Assembly: GCF_022045235.1 (NCBI RefSeq)
Contig: NW_027266265.1
Location: 16,988,001 to 17,052,000, forward strand
Direction: 5' to 3'
Length of the DNA: 64,000 bases
Source: Haliotis cracherodii
Lineage: Eukaryota
The notes under the pieces were generated by a model, which was not told the DNA's origin, searched no databases, and saw nothing but the letters and a program-made list of their open reading frames with translations. The translations under genes and the position numbers were made by a program. Shown here piece after piece: positions 63,124-64,000 of the stretch. Positions within the stretch are counted from its first letter, which is position 1. Each line of letters opens with the position of its first letter.

Positions 63124-63871
63124 TACAGTCGCCTCATCCCTCATGCCTACAGCGCGTAAGTTACATGTGTTCTTTAATTCAATAATCACAGGTTTGTGGA
63201 GATTGTATACAAAACAAGCATGGACCAATTATCTGGAATTGAAACTTGCAACAAGAAGGATTTCGCAACACCCACGAGTGAGTCAGAATTTAGGGTCACA
63301 TATGAACTATTGCAGCAATTTCCTTGTTCAAAGAAGTCACGTCGGCATCATTTCGAATTCAAAGAAAATGTGACCAATAAATGTATTATAGTTGTGTTAG
63401 ATAAAAACTGTGGTCAAAGGAAACAAAATAACGTGTAACATATCACATATTTGTATTTAAATGTAGTATGAAAACATTAAAACAACAAACTATTTTACCA
63501 CGATACAATACAAACCTTCCTTTCAAAATAGAGATTTATGACAATGATGAGTATGAATCTGAGGCCGTTTAGAAACGACAAGAAGCTCTATTTGTTTGCA
63601 AGGATTATTGTTTTTAGAGATCCTATCAAAACATTACTGACTTCCCCGTACCCTGACATCAAGTGATGAACTATTGTATACATTATTGTTATGAGGGAAG
63701 GGATGTTTGTCACTCTTCTGGCATGTTTTTTCGACCTCGAATCTAACTTCAAACTACTGGCACATGGGCAGGCACAAAGCACTTCAACTGGTAGTCGTGT
63801 CAGTACCTTCATTGCCCGTGACATAAACAGTGTACAATATCAAGACACGACTGTATTTCAGTTTGCAAGGC
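63124..63871 (+). repeat. 748-bp direct repeat, right copy
   Basis: Starts immediately after the (ATTC)n tail and ends at GTTTGCAAGGC. Confidence 0.95.
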
Positions 63872-64000
63872 ATATAAGAGATATGTGTACACGTTGCTTA
63901 CGAACTTTTTTGCAATATTTTTGAATATTTTGCAAGTAATGTTAAGCTCTAAAGTAAGTCCCACAAAGCAAGTATACAATTTCTTCTTTGAACATTTATA

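Noticed and set aside
58955-63871. The 748-bp repeats as LTRs of an LTR retrotransposon
   Set aside because: No TG...CA ends, PBS or PPT. The interior is an APE-RT LINE truncated within its endonuclease and ending in its own tail.

Overview
This is AT-rich, repeat-dense eukaryotic DNA from a marine invertebrate; the SINE and minisatellite content suggests a mollusc, possibly a gastropod (inference). The core is a cluster of four paralogous Toll-like receptor (TLR) genes, each with a single coding exon: TLR-A (8382-10415 +), TLR-B (22879-24813 +), TLR-C (37753-39393 +) and an intact but TIR-less paralog, TLR-D (42721-44103 -), convergent on TLR-C. The paralogs are patchworks. Their TIR DNA is almost identical, their LRR cores are divergent, and discrete near-identical blocks are shared between different gene pairs, which points to gene conversion or shuffling. 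Further right are two spliced exons (53548-53647, 55368-55434) of a sarcosine-oxidase/SolA-like flavoenzyme that the ORF track does not join. Its second intron contains a young, 5'-truncated APE-RT LINE (59703-63123) flanked by an apparently perfect 748-bp direct duplication. The remainder is minisatellites (28, 18, 26, 107, 59, 17/34 and 40 bp units), at least five SINE families, Tc1 transposons and MITEs, Gypsy, Penelope-like and LINE remnants, a ~0.9-kb inverted duplication bounded by (GA)n, and one assembly gap. The long ORFs at 2.1-6.8 kb and 10.9-12.1 kb are satellite artefacts. All comparisons were made by eye and repeat boundaries are approximate.
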